Virus record (IMG/VR): IMGVR_UViG_3300031853_000017
Location: 2,397-66,396 of that record
Length of the DNA: 64,000 bases
Direction: 5' to 3' (one strand)
Origin: a virus
Lineage: Duplodnaviria > Heunggongvirae > Uroviricota > Caudoviricetes
Part shown: positions 18,100 through 27,809 of the stretch, in pieces
Layout of the letters: every line of letters starts with the position of its first letter
Numbering within the stretch: position 1 is the first letter of the stretch
Notes under the pieces: generated by a model
Database searches by the model: none
What the model was told of the DNA's origin: nothing
Seen by the model: the letters and a program-made list of their open reading frames with translations, nothing else
Translations under genes and position numbers: made by a program

Positions 18100-18516
18100 A
18101 TGTCCAGAAGAGGGAAAGACAAGGAATACAGGATAATTTCAAACAGCACTGATTATGTTGAGTTTATCATTGACGATTATGAATACTTCCGAAAAGATTT
18201 GAAAAGGCAGAATCCCGAACTATCCGAACAGAACATAACAGAAATTCTCAAATATATTTCTCTTCCATTTAAGGGTAAATTTAAGATCAGCGAGAATGGT
18301 AAGAATGAACTATTGACAGATGATAAAGATAGACTTATTTCTCGTACTACATTAAACGGTTATCAAAAGGGCGTTATCTTGCGCGAATGTGAAAGGTATG
18401 CAAATTATCTGTTCAATAACGATTGGGAAACGCCTTTGCCGGAGAAATTTACAACGATGGATTCAACGAACGATATGCCTTGTGGCGTAGTTAAAATAAT
18501 TTTTCATCGTGGATAG
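18100..18516 (+). CDS. hypothetical protein
   Basis: GAGG SD + ATG. Confidence 0.5.
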   Translation: MSRRGKDKEYRIISNSTDYVEFIIDDYEYFRKDLKRQNPELSEQNITEILKYISLPFKGKFKISENGKNELLTDDKDRLISRTTLNGYQKGVILRECERYANYLFNNDWETPLPEKFTTMDSTNDMPCGVVKIIFHRG

Positions 18517-18689
18517 GAGGAAATAATAATGTTGGTTTGGAGAACATGGACAAAAAAGACAAGATACGCATGTGGAGCGATTAAAGATATAAAGCAATGT
18601 CGAATGTTATTACTATTTGGCTTTATTCCAATTTTCTTTTCAATTAAGAGCCAATAAATTTCAAAAGCAAATTAGCGGGAGAAAATCAC

Positions 18690-19154
18690 ATGAAAACATA
18701 TATCCACTATGGTTCAAAACAATTTGACAAAGAGCGCTTTGTACCCATTCAGAATTGTTATCCGCGAAATAAGCCTATTGGTGGTTTGTGGGCTTCCGAA
18801 GTTGACGCTCCGATTAGTTGGCGTAATTGGTGTGAACAAAATGAGTTTTATACCGAACGCAACACAGAAGATAATTGTTTTCGATTTAAGATCGCAGATA
18901 ATGCAAAAATTCTTACTTTGCGTTGTGAAAATGATGTAAAACTTTTACCGCAATTATCGAATAAAAGATTTGGAAAATATTATCCTGATTTTCAAGAAAT
19001 TATCAAACAAGGATATGATGCGATTGACTATCGGCTGAGTGATGATACTGGTGCAAACTGCAATTTGTATCACGGTGATTTGTATTATGCTCTATATGGC
19101 TGGGATTGTGATTCAATTCTTGTATTGAATCCAGATGTGATTATACCAATTTAA
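18690..19154 (+). CDS. hypothetical protein
   Basis: GGGAG SD. Confidence 0.55.
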   Translation: MKTYIHYGSKQFDKERFVPIQNCYPRNKPIGGLWASEVDAPISWRNWCEQNEFYTERNTEDNCFRFKIADNAKILTLRCENDVKLLPQLSNKRFGKYYPDFQEIIKQGYDAIDYRLSDDTGANCNLYHGDLYYALYGWDCDSILVLNPDVIIPI

Positions 19155-19167
19155 GCGAGGTATATTT

Positions 19168-19443
19168 ATGACTAAAAGAAATATTTATCAATGTTCGGTG
19201 TGTGGTAAGGAAAGTAATAGCTATTCAGAAATATATAATTGTGAATTGAATCATTTACAATTATCAGCGGAAGAACTAAAAGAATGGAAAATTTTGAAAG
19301 CAGAATGTAGACGAAAAGGGCAATTAATATATTATTGCAAAAACGAAACAACAGAAAATGATTTTGACAAGGCAATTTCCGATTTGGTTAAATTTGAAGT
19401 AACCCATAACCTGAATGGTAAAAGTATTCCTGCGTTAATGTGA
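19168..19443 (+). CDS. zinc-finger small protein
   Basis: CSVCGK... Confidence 0.5.
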   Translation: MTKRNIYQCSVCGKESNSYSEIYNCELNHLQLSAEELKEWKILKAECRRKGQLIYYCKNETTENDFDKAISDLVKFEVTHNLNGKSIPALM

Positions 19444-19454
19444 GGTGAAAATGT

Positions 19455-19736
19455 ATGGAATCGGAGAACTTTGTTAAAACATTAGTAACTCATATTAAGC
19501 AAAACACTTCAACCGAACATATAGTTTTTATGTTTAAGACAAGTGTTTATATTTTGGTTCGTAATAGAACAAGTTTGGAAAAACATCTTGCTGTAAGGCA
19601 TATATTTCAAACATTTGAAGAAGCAAAAGGTTTTATGAATGGATATATCACTGCACACAATCAGTTTAATTTATTTCCTGCTCCTGTGTATATGGAGTTG
19701 ATAAGTATAGATGGATATACAATTCAAAATCATTAA
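19455..19736 (+). CDS. hypothetical protein
   Basis: GAGGTG SD. Confidence 0.5.
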   Translation: MESENFVKTLVTHIKQNTSTEHIVFMFKTSVYILVRNRTSLEKHLAVRHIFQTFEEAKGFMNGYITAHNQFNLFPAPVYMELISIDGYTIQNH

Positions 19737-19770
19737 GGAAAAAGAATGAAGCGCGAAATGGAGAAAGACA

Positions 19771-20580
19771 ATGAAACCAATGAATTATAAAGAATTAGTT
19801 TTAAGACCATGTATGGTAAAGACCATTGGAAAAGCGTTGTTTCATCTTTGGGAACAATATAGTAAGCCGATTCCGGCAGGAGTGACTATCGGCAGCTATC
19901 CCGCAGGAATTGTAAGTTATACCGTTGGAATCGTTGAAGATAGCAATGGACAAATTCATAGAGTACCGCCGGAAGAAATCAAGTTTTTAGGCGATATAAT
20001 GAGGGAATACGATTTTGGCGAAGAAAATGACTTTGGCGAAGAAAACAGTGATTTGGTTTATCCTTTTATGTCTGGCACATGTTTTATGTTTGATAGCCCA
20101 CTACGTTTTTATGAATATGCTATATCCATAGATTACGGAACAGTAAATCCATGCTCCGCAGGAATTTGGGGACACAACAAAAAACATTGGTATAGAATAT
20201 CAGAATATTATTTTGACTCTCGAAAAGAAGGTTATCAAAGAACGGATAAAGAGCATTTTGATGAAATTTGCCGATTGATTGGCGATAAACGCATTAAAGC
20301 ATTTGTTATAGACCCATCTGCGGTGAGTTTTATTGAGCTTGTAAGAAGAGATGGTAGATTACCTGTTGTGGTTGCGGTGGATAATATAGGGAAAGGAATT
20401 TCACAAGTAGAATCTGCTATAAAGAGTGGTGAAATTAGAATTTGTAGGTGTTGTCGAAACGCCATTAGAGAGTTTAATGAATATAAAATAGATTCATTAA
20501 CTCATAAACCAATCAGAGAAAACGACCACGCAATGGATGATATTAGATACTTTGTGTCGGCATTGGAAGAATTGAAATAA
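19771..20580 (+). CDS. terminase large subunit nuclease-domain-like (RNase H-fold) protein without ATPase domain
   Basis: C-terminal AFVIDPSA ... ENDHAMDDIRY resembles the TerL nuclease-domain signature; no Walker A; internal DFGEEN tandem duplication. Confidence 0.4.
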   Translation: MKPMNYKELVLRPCMVKTIGKALFHLWEQYSKPIPAGVTIGSYPAGIVSYTVGIVEDSNGQIHRVPPEEIKFLGDIMREYDFGEENDFGEENSDLVYPFMSGTCFMFDSPLRFYEYAISIDYGTVNPCSAGIWGHNKKHWYRISEYYFDSRKEGYQRTDKEHFDEICRLIGDKRIKAFVIDPSAVSFIELVRRDGRLPVVVAVDNIGKGISQVESAIKSGEIRICRCCRNAIREFNEYKIDSLTHKPIRENDHAMDDIRYFVSALEELK

Positions 20581-20596
20581 ATATGGAGGATAAAAA

Positions 20597-21091
20597 ATGG
20601 GAACGTTAATTTTTTGTATTGTCGCGGCGATTATAACATTTTGCATTATTTTCGGCAAGAATGATTCACTTGATATTGGTGAAATTTTTATGACAGTTAT
20701 ACTTGGATTGATGGTGGGTGGCATGATAGGTTTGTTTGGTGGTTGCATTCCGTCAATGATAGTTAATAATAACTTGGATTATTATTCGTTGGAATCCAGA
20801 AGTAATTATGAACTTATTCAACAAACAGTTGACGATAAAACTTACTTTGTTAAAGAAACAACAAGACATAAAATTTGCTATAAATTTGAATATGCAATAT
20901 CCGATAATACCAAGATTGTTAAGACTTATGATGATGTTTTAATTGAATACGGCAGAGCGGAAAAGCCGAGAGTTACCGTTGAACATTATGAACCTAATAT
21001 CTGGCTTAGACTATTTACTTTTTGTCAAGCAGAGGACTATTACTACATCACACTGCCCGACCATAATTGTTTATCAATGAGTTTTGATTAA
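20597..21091 (+). CDS. membrane protein
   Basis: Two N-terminal TM helices. Confidence 0.55.
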   Translation: MGTLIFCIVAAIITFCIIFGKNDSLDIGEIFMTVILGLMVGGMIGLFGGCIPSMIVNNNLDYYSLESRSNYELIQQTVDDKTYFVKETTRHKICYKFEYAISDNTKIVKTYDDVLIEYGRAEKPRVTVEHYEPNIWLRLFTFCQAEDYYYITLPDHNCLSMSFD

Positions 21092-21120
21092 CTAAATATG
21101 GAGGAAAATAGGAGATCAAT

Positions 21121-21518
21121 AATGAAAGCAAAAGAATATTATGCAAAAATTAAAGAGCAAAATCCTCAGACAGCAGAAGAAATGGCAAATGCCATAGGTG
21201 ATGTTGTTGATGGTCTGAACAACGAAGCTAAAAGTTAATCAAAAAACGCCATGTTACTCGTGGTGATGGTTACCGAGCAATTATCCGCGAACTCAATAAC
21301 AAATGGAATGCCATTGCCACGCTGTTTGAAAAAGATTACGGTATGTCGCCTATTTCACGCAACCGGTTTTTAGAATTGTGGACAGAGAAAATTCCAGAGC
21401 TTGCTCCCGATTGCGGAAAACCTGCCGCAGATGATTCTAATAGGGTTGTTTTTGACCTTGATAATCCGAATTGTTTGACGACTTTGGCTATGCTTGGCAG
21501 CGCCGCGTTTGGAAAATA
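21121..21518 (+). pseudogene. disrupted gene: three consecutive reading-frame segments (21121-21201, 21182-21238, 21232-21518)
   Basis: Protein-like translation continues across a +1 then -1 frame change; last segment lacks a start codon. Confidence 0.3.
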
Positions 21519-21582
21519 ATGAATAAATATTCATAATAATGTATAAATATACACTTTGAAACGAAAAGAAAGGATTTCACGA

Positions 21583-22041
21583 ATGATTATTTTAATGATT
21601 GCAATAGGGATTTTGCTGGTTGCCGTAGGAATTATTATTGATATAAAGACGGACAGTTTGGAAATGGGTGTTATGATTTCTGCTATAGGTGGCGCTCATG
21701 CTATTCTTTGGATTCTTCCTTGTATTTTTGTGGGAATCGCAATCAGCAGCGGAACAACACTTGAAGAAAAAATATCCTTAATGGAAGCGGAAAATTCCAA
21801 CATAGATACTCAAATTTGCGAAATCGTCGAGGGATATAAAGATTTTGAAAAATCAACTCTTGAAGGTGTTTCTAACAAAAGCGCAAACGTTTTGATTCAG
21901 CTTTATCCGGAATTAAAGTCTGATGAACTTGTCGCAAAACAGATGGACATTTATATGGATAACAAAAGCAATATTGTTTCGCTAAAGAAAGAATTAATAG
22001 ACCAAAGACCGCTCAAATGGTGGTTATATTTTGGCGGATAA
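21583..22041 (+). CDS. membrane protein
   Basis: AAAGGA SD + ATG; 3 TM helices. Confidence 0.55.
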   Translation: MIILMIAIGILLVAVGIIIDIKTDSLEMGVMISAIGGAHAILWILPCIFVGIAISSGTTLEEKISLMEAENSNIDTQICEIVEGYKDFEKSTLEGVSNKSANVLIQLYPELKSDELVAKQMDIYMDNKSNIVSLKKELIDQRPLKWWLYFGG

Positions 22042-22084
22042 TTGTATGCCTAATCAAAATAATTATTCAATGAAATAAGGGGGA

Positions 22085-22279
22085 TTGGAAGTGCCGACCT
22101 GTAAAGACTGTTTGCATATTGACGCTTGCAAAAACGCAATCAGAGAGTTATTCCCAATGTTGAAAATAAATGGGAAACTCACTCACAATATTATTGATGA
22201 ATTTGGCGATTATAAAGTCAATAGCTGCAAATCTTTTGTTTCCAGCAAAGAATATGCTATTATGCGACGCGAAAAATAA
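22085..22279 (+). CDS. Cys-rich small protein
   Basis: GGGGGATTGGAAGTG alt start. Confidence 0.45.
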   Translation: MEVPTCKDCLHIDACKNAIRELFPMLKINGKLTHNIIDEFGDYKVNSCKSFVSSKEYAIMRREK

Positions 22280-22293
22280 ATATAAAAATTTTT

Positions 22294-22322
22294 ATAATTA
22301 CTATTGACTCTTGGCGCGGGTT
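22294..22322 (+). promoter_or_regulatory. sigma70-like promoter (TTGACT)
   Basis: TTGACT-17-TATAAT. Confidence 0.5.
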
Positions 22323-22358
22323 GTGCTATAATAATTATAGTAAATAAATTACTACGAG

Positions 22359-23321
22359 GTGACTATTATGAAAACCAATACAATGACAATTTCATCTCCG
22401 TTATTATTTGGCAATATGACGTTTACGGCGGAAGTTCCCGCGCAGAGTCAGCCGAAACTCAAAAAGGACGGAATGCCTAAAATCATCGTGCAGAACAAGA
22501 AGCGCGGAAGAAAATCCGAGGTCTATCCGATTCAGGTGTCTGACATTCGCCGCTTTATGGATTGGTTCGAGAGCAACAAGAAATGGGAATGTTATCTTAT
22601 TTTCGTTATCTCTTGTAATCTTGCCCGCAGAATCGGCGATACGCTTTCCTTACAGTGGAAACATTTCTATGACACTAAAACAGGCAGATTCCGCAAAGAT
22701 TTGCTTGAAATCATCGAGGATAAAACCGACAAACTCGCAAATCCGCACATTAACACGGCTGTTAAAAATGCAATCGTGAAGTATCTTGCCGAAACCAACG
22801 TTGACCCATCTGAAAACAATTACGAGAACTATGTTTTTACTCAGGTGAGCGGAAACTATAAGGGCAGAGTAATGACCGCAGACGGTTATCGCAAATGCTT
22901 GAAAAAGGCTGCTGTTGCGCTCGGAATTGATTACAATGTCGGAACTCACAGCACAAGAAAAACGTTCGGTATGCTGTCCCGTATGCTCCATGCAGGAGAT
23001 TATGATAGCATGGCTCTGCTTGGCGTTATCTATAACCACAGAGATGAAAAGACGACAAGAAGATACACCGGCTTGACAAAGCAGAAGGTTGACACATATT
23101 TTGACGATATGGGAACATTCTTTGACGATTATGTAACTGGCGGAAAAACCTTTACAGAAGTTGCGGAAACTCCCGTCGTTCACATTGATGTCAACGATTT
23201 GCGCGATATTATCAAAATGGCTTATACTGCCGGCGCAGAAAATTCAACCACAAATGACCCAACGGTTCACATTGACGCAATCAATGAAATCTGGGCTATG
23301 ATTGACGGATTAAAGAAATGA
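22359..23321 (+). CDS. int: tyrosine site-specific recombinase/integrase
   Basis: ARRIGD (box I Arg), HSTRKTFG (HxxR), TTRRYTG (catalytic Tyr) motifs. Confidence 0.7.
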   Translation: MTIMKTNTMTISSPLLFGNMTFTAEVPAQSQPKLKKDGMPKIIVQNKKRGRKSEVYPIQVSDIRRFMDWFESNKKWECYLIFVISCNLARRIGDTLSLQWKHFYDTKTGRFRKDLLEIIEDKTDKLANPHINTAVKNAIVKYLAETNVDPSENNYENYVFTQVSGNYKGRVMTADGYRKCLKKAAVALGIDYNVGTHSTRKTFGMLSRMLHAGDYDSMALLGVIYNHRDEKTTRRYTGLTKQKVDTYFDDMGTFFDDYVTGGKTFTEVAETPVVHIDVNDLRDIIKMAYTAGAENSTTNDPTVHIDAINEIWAMIDGLKK

Positions 23322-23330
23322 GGTGATTAT

Positions 23331-23504
23331 ATGGTTTTAGCTTCTCTTGCATTTGGCGTAAATGTCGCTGCCGCAATTTTTTGTTCATTAGTAGGCATTA
23401 AAAATAAGAACGCAATGTGTATTTCACTTGGCGGTCTTAATGCCGCGCTTGCAGTTGTAAACCTTATCAGAATAATTACAATGGCAGGTTCGAGCGTTGG
23501 TTAA
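23331..23504 (+). CDS. small membrane protein
   Basis: GAGGTGA SD + ATG. Confidence 0.4.
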   Translation: MVLASLAFGVNVAAAIFCSLVGIKNKNAMCISLGGLNAALAVVNLIRIITMAGSSVG

Positions 23505-23714
23505 AGGCATACCGAAGTCGGAAACAATATGGGTTCAGACGACCGCTGCGGACGGAACAGTCTACTACACGACGGCAAAGACAAACAACAGGGAATTTTA
23601 TTTTCTGTATAAGATGGTAGACGGAAAAGCCGTTAAGCTCGGAAAAGCGCGGAATCCCAAAGACCTCGATGATAAATATATTTTATAAAAACAAAAATAA
23701 ATATAAAAAACACA

Positions 23715-23743
23715 TTGACAACCGACAGCTTTTGTGATATACT
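23715..23743 (+). promoter_or_regulatory. sigma70-like promoter
   Basis: TTGACA-17-TATACT. Confidence 0.55.
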
Positions 23744-23892
23744 ATATTTACAAGGTAATTAAGTAGCCAATAGGCTGGAAGGGATGTGTTGAGAAGAAAA
23801 AAATCGAGTAACTACAATTTAATATTCACACTACTGGTATGAATCCAGCCTATTGCGTTACATATTCCATAATATAAGGTAGGTGCGGATTT

Positions 23893-24261
23893 ATGCTGAA
23901 ACAAAAACCACATTTTGGCGAAATCTGGATGTGCCATTTGACTGATAGGAGTGGCAGCGTTCAGAGCGGTTATAGACCTGTGTTCGTCATTTCCAACGAC
24001 AAAAATAATACATACAGTAACACGTTTAACATCATTCCTATTACGTCAAAGTTTAACAAAAGGAATTTACCGGTTCATGTGGTGCTGCTAAATTATTGGG
24101 TATATGGTTTGAGAGAACCAAGTACAATATTGGTGGGGCAGACAACAACCGTCGGGATTAACTGTCTTGACAAAAGAATCGGAAAAATTATTGATAGGAA
24201 CATCTTGCTTGAAATAAGTAAGGCTATGATGATTCAATTTCCCATCTTTTCTTTGAGTTAA
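23893..24261 (+). CDS. MazF/PemK-family endoribonuclease toxin-like protein
   Basis: PHFGEIWMCHL...G.RPVFVIS...IIPITS pattern typical of MazF/PemK/Kid. Confidence 0.6.
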   Translation: MLKQKPHFGEIWMCHLTDRSGSVQSGYRPVFVISNDKNNTYSNTFNIIPITSKFNKRNLPVHVVLLNYWVYGLREPSTILVGQTTTVGINCLDKRIGKIIDRNILLEISKAMMIQFPIFSLS

Positions 24262-24276
24262 ATAAATATAAAAATA

Positions 24277-24305
24277 TTGACAAAAACCGAGAATGCTGTT
24301 ATAAT
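24277..24305 (+). promoter_or_regulatory. sigma70-like promoter
   Basis: TTGACA-17-TATAAT. Confidence 0.55.
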
Positions 24306-24341
24306 GAGTGTGTAGAGATTGTTTTTGTAGAGGTGTGAATT

Positions 24342-25355
24342 ATGGGTGCTATGACGACCAAAGAGTTATTCGATGGATTTTTCGCAAGTCCAGAAGGGGA
24401 AAAATATTCCTTTAACCGAAAGGCTACAAAAGAAGAACAGTTATATGCGTTTGAGATTGAAATAGGCAAAGAATTAGTCGATATGACTGTTGATGATTTT
24501 ATCAAATTCTTGTCTAATGCTAATTTCCGTAGATTTGAATTGGATTCCAATATCATTCCAAATCGCGCTTCATTGGATTTCCTTATATCATTATATAAGA
24601 AAATAATCAATTTCTACATTGATTATTGTGCCGAAAACAACTATCCAATTATCAGAAATATTTTTTACGATAAAAGGCTGTCAATAGGAGCCAATCTTCT
24701 TATTGAATTGTCAGAAGAAAAAGAGAGATTTTCTTGGACAATGGTAGAAGATATTATCAAAAAACTTCATAAGGACAGAACACCGGATAGAGCGGATTAT
24801 ATTGAATTGATAATCTTGTTATATTATTCCGGCTTTGAATCGGCAGCAGAAATTACCGAATTAAAAGAAAACGATATAAACCATAATTCCAAAACTGTAT
24901 ATTTGCAGGGAAGAACGGTGCATTTATCGGATAGGTGTTATTTTCTTCTGACAAAATTCAATGGAAAATATGAGTTTGATGAAAGTGTAAAATTTGTTTT
25001 CAGCAGTTGGGAAAATAGTTATTTTAAGTTTTTGGTTTCCAAGGCGCGACAATCGGATATTGATAAAAGAACGAGCGCACATATGTGTCAGTATATCAAT
25101 GCACAGTTAAGCAAGTATGTTAATGCTCAATATGGAACTCAAATTAACGGAAGTAATCTCTATAAACTTGGATTCTATGATTATTTGGTTAAGAAATACG
25201 GAGAAAAAGAGGTTAATGCCATTCTAATATCTAATTATGATAAAGAAAGAGTGCAAAAGCTTCGACAATCCGCCGTTGAGTATGGATTCAGGTTTAGTAG
25301 CATATCTCAGTTAAAACGACACATGAGAATGTTTATTGTAGCAGAGAATAAATGA
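24342..25355 (+). CDS. divergent tyrosine-recombinase-like protein (box I-like segment, catalytic residues unclear)
   Basis: RADYIELIILLYYSGFESAAEITELKENDIN resembles recombinase box I. Confidence 0.35.
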   Translation: MGAMTTKELFDGFFASPEGEKYSFNRKATKEEQLYAFEIEIGKELVDMTVDDFIKFLSNANFRRFELDSNIIPNRASLDFLISLYKKIINFYIDYCAENNYPIIRNIFYDKRLSIGANLLIELSEEKERFSWTMVEDIIKKLHKDRTPDRADYIELIILLYYSGFESAAEITELKENDINHNSKTVYLQGRTVHLSDRCYFLLTKFNGKYEFDESVKFVFSSWENSYFKFLVSKARQSDIDKRTSAHMCQYINAQLSKYVNAQYGTQINGSNLYKLGFYDYLVKKYGEKEVNAILISNYDKERVQKLRQSAVEYGFRFSSISQLKRHMRMFIVAENK

Positions 25356-25432
25356 TTGGGCTGCCGTTTGGCAGCCTATATCAAAGAATAGAACAGTAAA
25401 CAAAAAAAACATAATAAGCAGAGGATAGAAAA

Positions 25433-26071
25433 TTGGGATATTATGTTATGACGGATGGCAATGACACATTCATAACACTCGACAAAAGCACAAATAAATA
25501 TGTTCCAATCAAAGGAGAGAAATATGCCTTTAGGTGGGACGACAGACAAAAGGCTGTCAACATACATAAAAGCTCTTTATCTAAAAAGATTAGACCCATG
25601 TATTCCGTTGAATATCGCAATGAAAGTGACGCGATCGTAAATAAAAAGAATCTTGAACAGCAAAATCTAATAACCTCAGAAAAATTTGAAGAAAATGCTA
25701 TTGATAAACTCGAAGCAATGCTTCAAAGTGTAGTAACCATAATCGGGGGAGTTGACGAACGATTTGACGAACTATCCAGCAAATTAAGTGTTGTGGATAA
25801 GAAGATTGTTGATATTGAACATTTCATTGAGTTTGGAAAATTTAATTGTTATCAAGGTTGGATTTGCTTTAAGATTTTACAAAATTTATTACAGCAGCGC
25901 CGGCAGTACAAGAACGAAATGGAAGTGATCGGAAAAATCAGAGGTTGCAAGATTGAGAGCAAAGAGGTTGATATACTGAAAGCAAGCATTGAGCAGATCA
26001 AATTCAAGAAATACACACCGAGAGCGTTCAAAGAATTGTTCAATGGGTATTGTAATCAGAGTAGTGAATAA
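25433..26071 (+). CDS. hypothetical coiled-coil protein
   Basis: ORF after AGTAAACAAAAAAAAC motif. Confidence 0.55.
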   Translation: MGYYVMTDGNDTFITLDKSTNKYVPIKGEKYAFRWDDRQKAVNIHKSSLSKKIRPMYSVEYRNESDAIVNKKNLEQQNLITSEKFEENAIDKLEAMLQSVVTIIGGVDERFDELSSKLSVVDKKIVDIEHFIEFGKFNCYQGWICFKILQNLLQQRRQYKNEMEVIGKIRGCKIESKEVDILKASIEQIKFKKYTPRAFKELFNGYCNQSSE

Positions 26072-26288
26072 AACAGGCTTTTTATTGTTAAAAAATAGCA
26101 ACATAGTACATTAAAACAAGCACATATTAGCAACATAGTACATAAATTTTTGCAAAAATATTAGGAGTTTGCATGAAACGACTGAAATTATGGCTTTATT
26201 ACAATAAGCCGCGAATCCAGATACACAGACATATGTATTACATAAGGTGGCGGGATTTTGAATGGATTCTGCCGCGAAGGAGATAGCA

Positions 26289-26888
26289 ATGACAGGATTA
26301 TTTGAAATAGATGATATTGTTGAAGTTTTGAGCCGTTGCCAAAGTTACGGAAAAAGAGGAATTGTTGTTGGGCATTTTACAACTCCAAGCTATCCGGAAT
26401 GTTTAGTTATACGAGTAAAATTGGATTCAGGCGAAACAAGATTTTACAATGAATCATCGTTAAAGAAAGTCGATGAAATTGAAAGAGAGGCTAAAGAAAT
26501 GGCATTAACAGAAGATTTTAGAGTTGCAAATGTAAAATTTCTTGACGGATATAATGGTGATAAGCTTTACAGATTTGCATTGTTCGACGATGATGTTACA
26601 GAGGGCGATTGTGTTGTTTGTGATACTCAGAACGGCTATTGTGTGGCAGAGGTCGTCAGCATTATATCTGCGGATAGTTACGGAAAGAACGTAACCAAAG
26701 AAATTGTCAGCAAGATTGACTTTTCGGAATTTAATCGCCGCAAAGAAATTCGCGCGAAGAAAGCAGAACTCAAAAAGAAACTCGACAAGGCAGTAAAAGA
26801 GAATCAAGACATTTTCCTGTATGAAACAGTTGCGAAATCAAACTCGGTTGTCGCGGAGCTGCTTGAACAGTATAAGGCATTGTTATAA
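26289..26888 (+). CDS. hypothetical protein
   Basis: GAAGGAG SD + ATG. Confidence 0.55.
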   Translation: MTGLFEIDDIVEVLSRCQSYGKRGIVVGHFTTPSYPECLVIRVKLDSGETRFYNESSLKKVDEIEREAKEMALTEDFRVANVKFLDGYNGDKLYRFALFDDDVTEGDCVVCDTQNGYCVAEVVSIISADSYGKNVTKEIVSKIDFSEFNRRKEIRAKKAELKKKLDKAVKENQDIFLYETVAKSNSVVAELLEQYKALL

Positions 26889-26901
26889 ATCAGGAGGAAA
26901 A

Positions 26902-27267
26902 ATGAGAGATAATAAACTTGGCTGTTTAGGATTTGTGTTGGTTGTTTTCTTGATAATAGGCGTAATTATTTTTAGTGCGTCTGCAAGCTATAACGAGCAC
27001 ACTTATACAGTTACAATCACAGACAAAGAACGTGTCTATGATAAAGATAGCAGTAAGTATTTGGTTTTCGGAGAAGATGTCGAAACCGGAGAAACAAGAG
27101 TATTTCAAAATACCGATTCGTTTTTTAGAGGAAAATTTGATAGCTCAAATGTCTATGGGAGTTTGAAAAAGGGAGAAACCTATACGGTTACTGTTGTTGG
27201 GTATAGAATCCCACTGTTTAGTTGGTATGAAAATATTATCAAATACGAAAAGGAGAGCAATAAATGA
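26902..27267 (+). CDS. membrane-anchored protein
   Basis: AGGAGG SD + ATG; N-terminal TM. Confidence 0.5.
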   Translation: MRDNKLGCLGFVLVVFLIIGVIIFSASASYNEHTYTVTITDKERVYDKDSSKYLVFGEDVETGETRVFQNTDSFFRGKFDSSNVYGSLKKGETYTVTVVGYRIPLFSWYENIIKYEKESNK

Positions 27268-27809
27268 AGAAACTACTGGTCTTAGTAGATTTTCAAAATG
27301 ATTTTATTGACGGTGCGCTCGGAACACCGGAAGCTATGGCAATCGTGCCGAATGTTATCAAGAAAGTAAAAGAATGGGACGGCGATATTTGGTTTACCGC
27401 AGATACACATAATACAAACTACTTAAATACAAATGAGGGTAAGCACCTTCCCGTTCCTCATTGTATCAGAGATACCGAAGGTTGGGAGTTACAGAAAGAC
27501 GTTGCAGAAATTCTCAGAGAGAAAATGTCACAAGAAGAATTTGAGCAAAATACATTTATTAAATATACATTTGGTTCTGAGAGATTGTGTTTGAGCATTA
27601 AGTTGTTACAATATGATTATGTTGAGTTTATTGGGCTTTGCACCGACATCTGTGTTGCAAGTAATGCAATTATGTTAAAGGCATTTATGCCTGAAACTCA
27701 GATTGCAGTTGACCCCTCATGTTGCGCCGGCGTAACTCCTGAAACTCACGAAGCGGCATTAACTACAATGAAAATGTGCCAGATTGATATTTTGGAGGTA
27801 GTAAAGTGA
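27264..27809 (+). CDS. isochorismatase-family cysteine hydrolase (nicotinamidase PncA-like)
   Basis: VLVDFQNDF (Asp), GLCTDICVASN (catalytic Cys) motifs; ATGA overlap with upstream gene. Confidence 0.65.
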   Translation: MKKLLVLVDFQNDFIDGALGTPEAMAIVPNVIKKVKEWDGDIWFTADTHNTNYLNTNEGKHLPVPHCIRDTEGWELQKDVAEILREKMSQEEFEQNTFIKYTFGSERLCLSIKLLQYDYVEFIGLCTDICVASNAIMLKAFMPETQIAVDPSCCAGVTPETHEAALTTMKMCQIDILEVVK

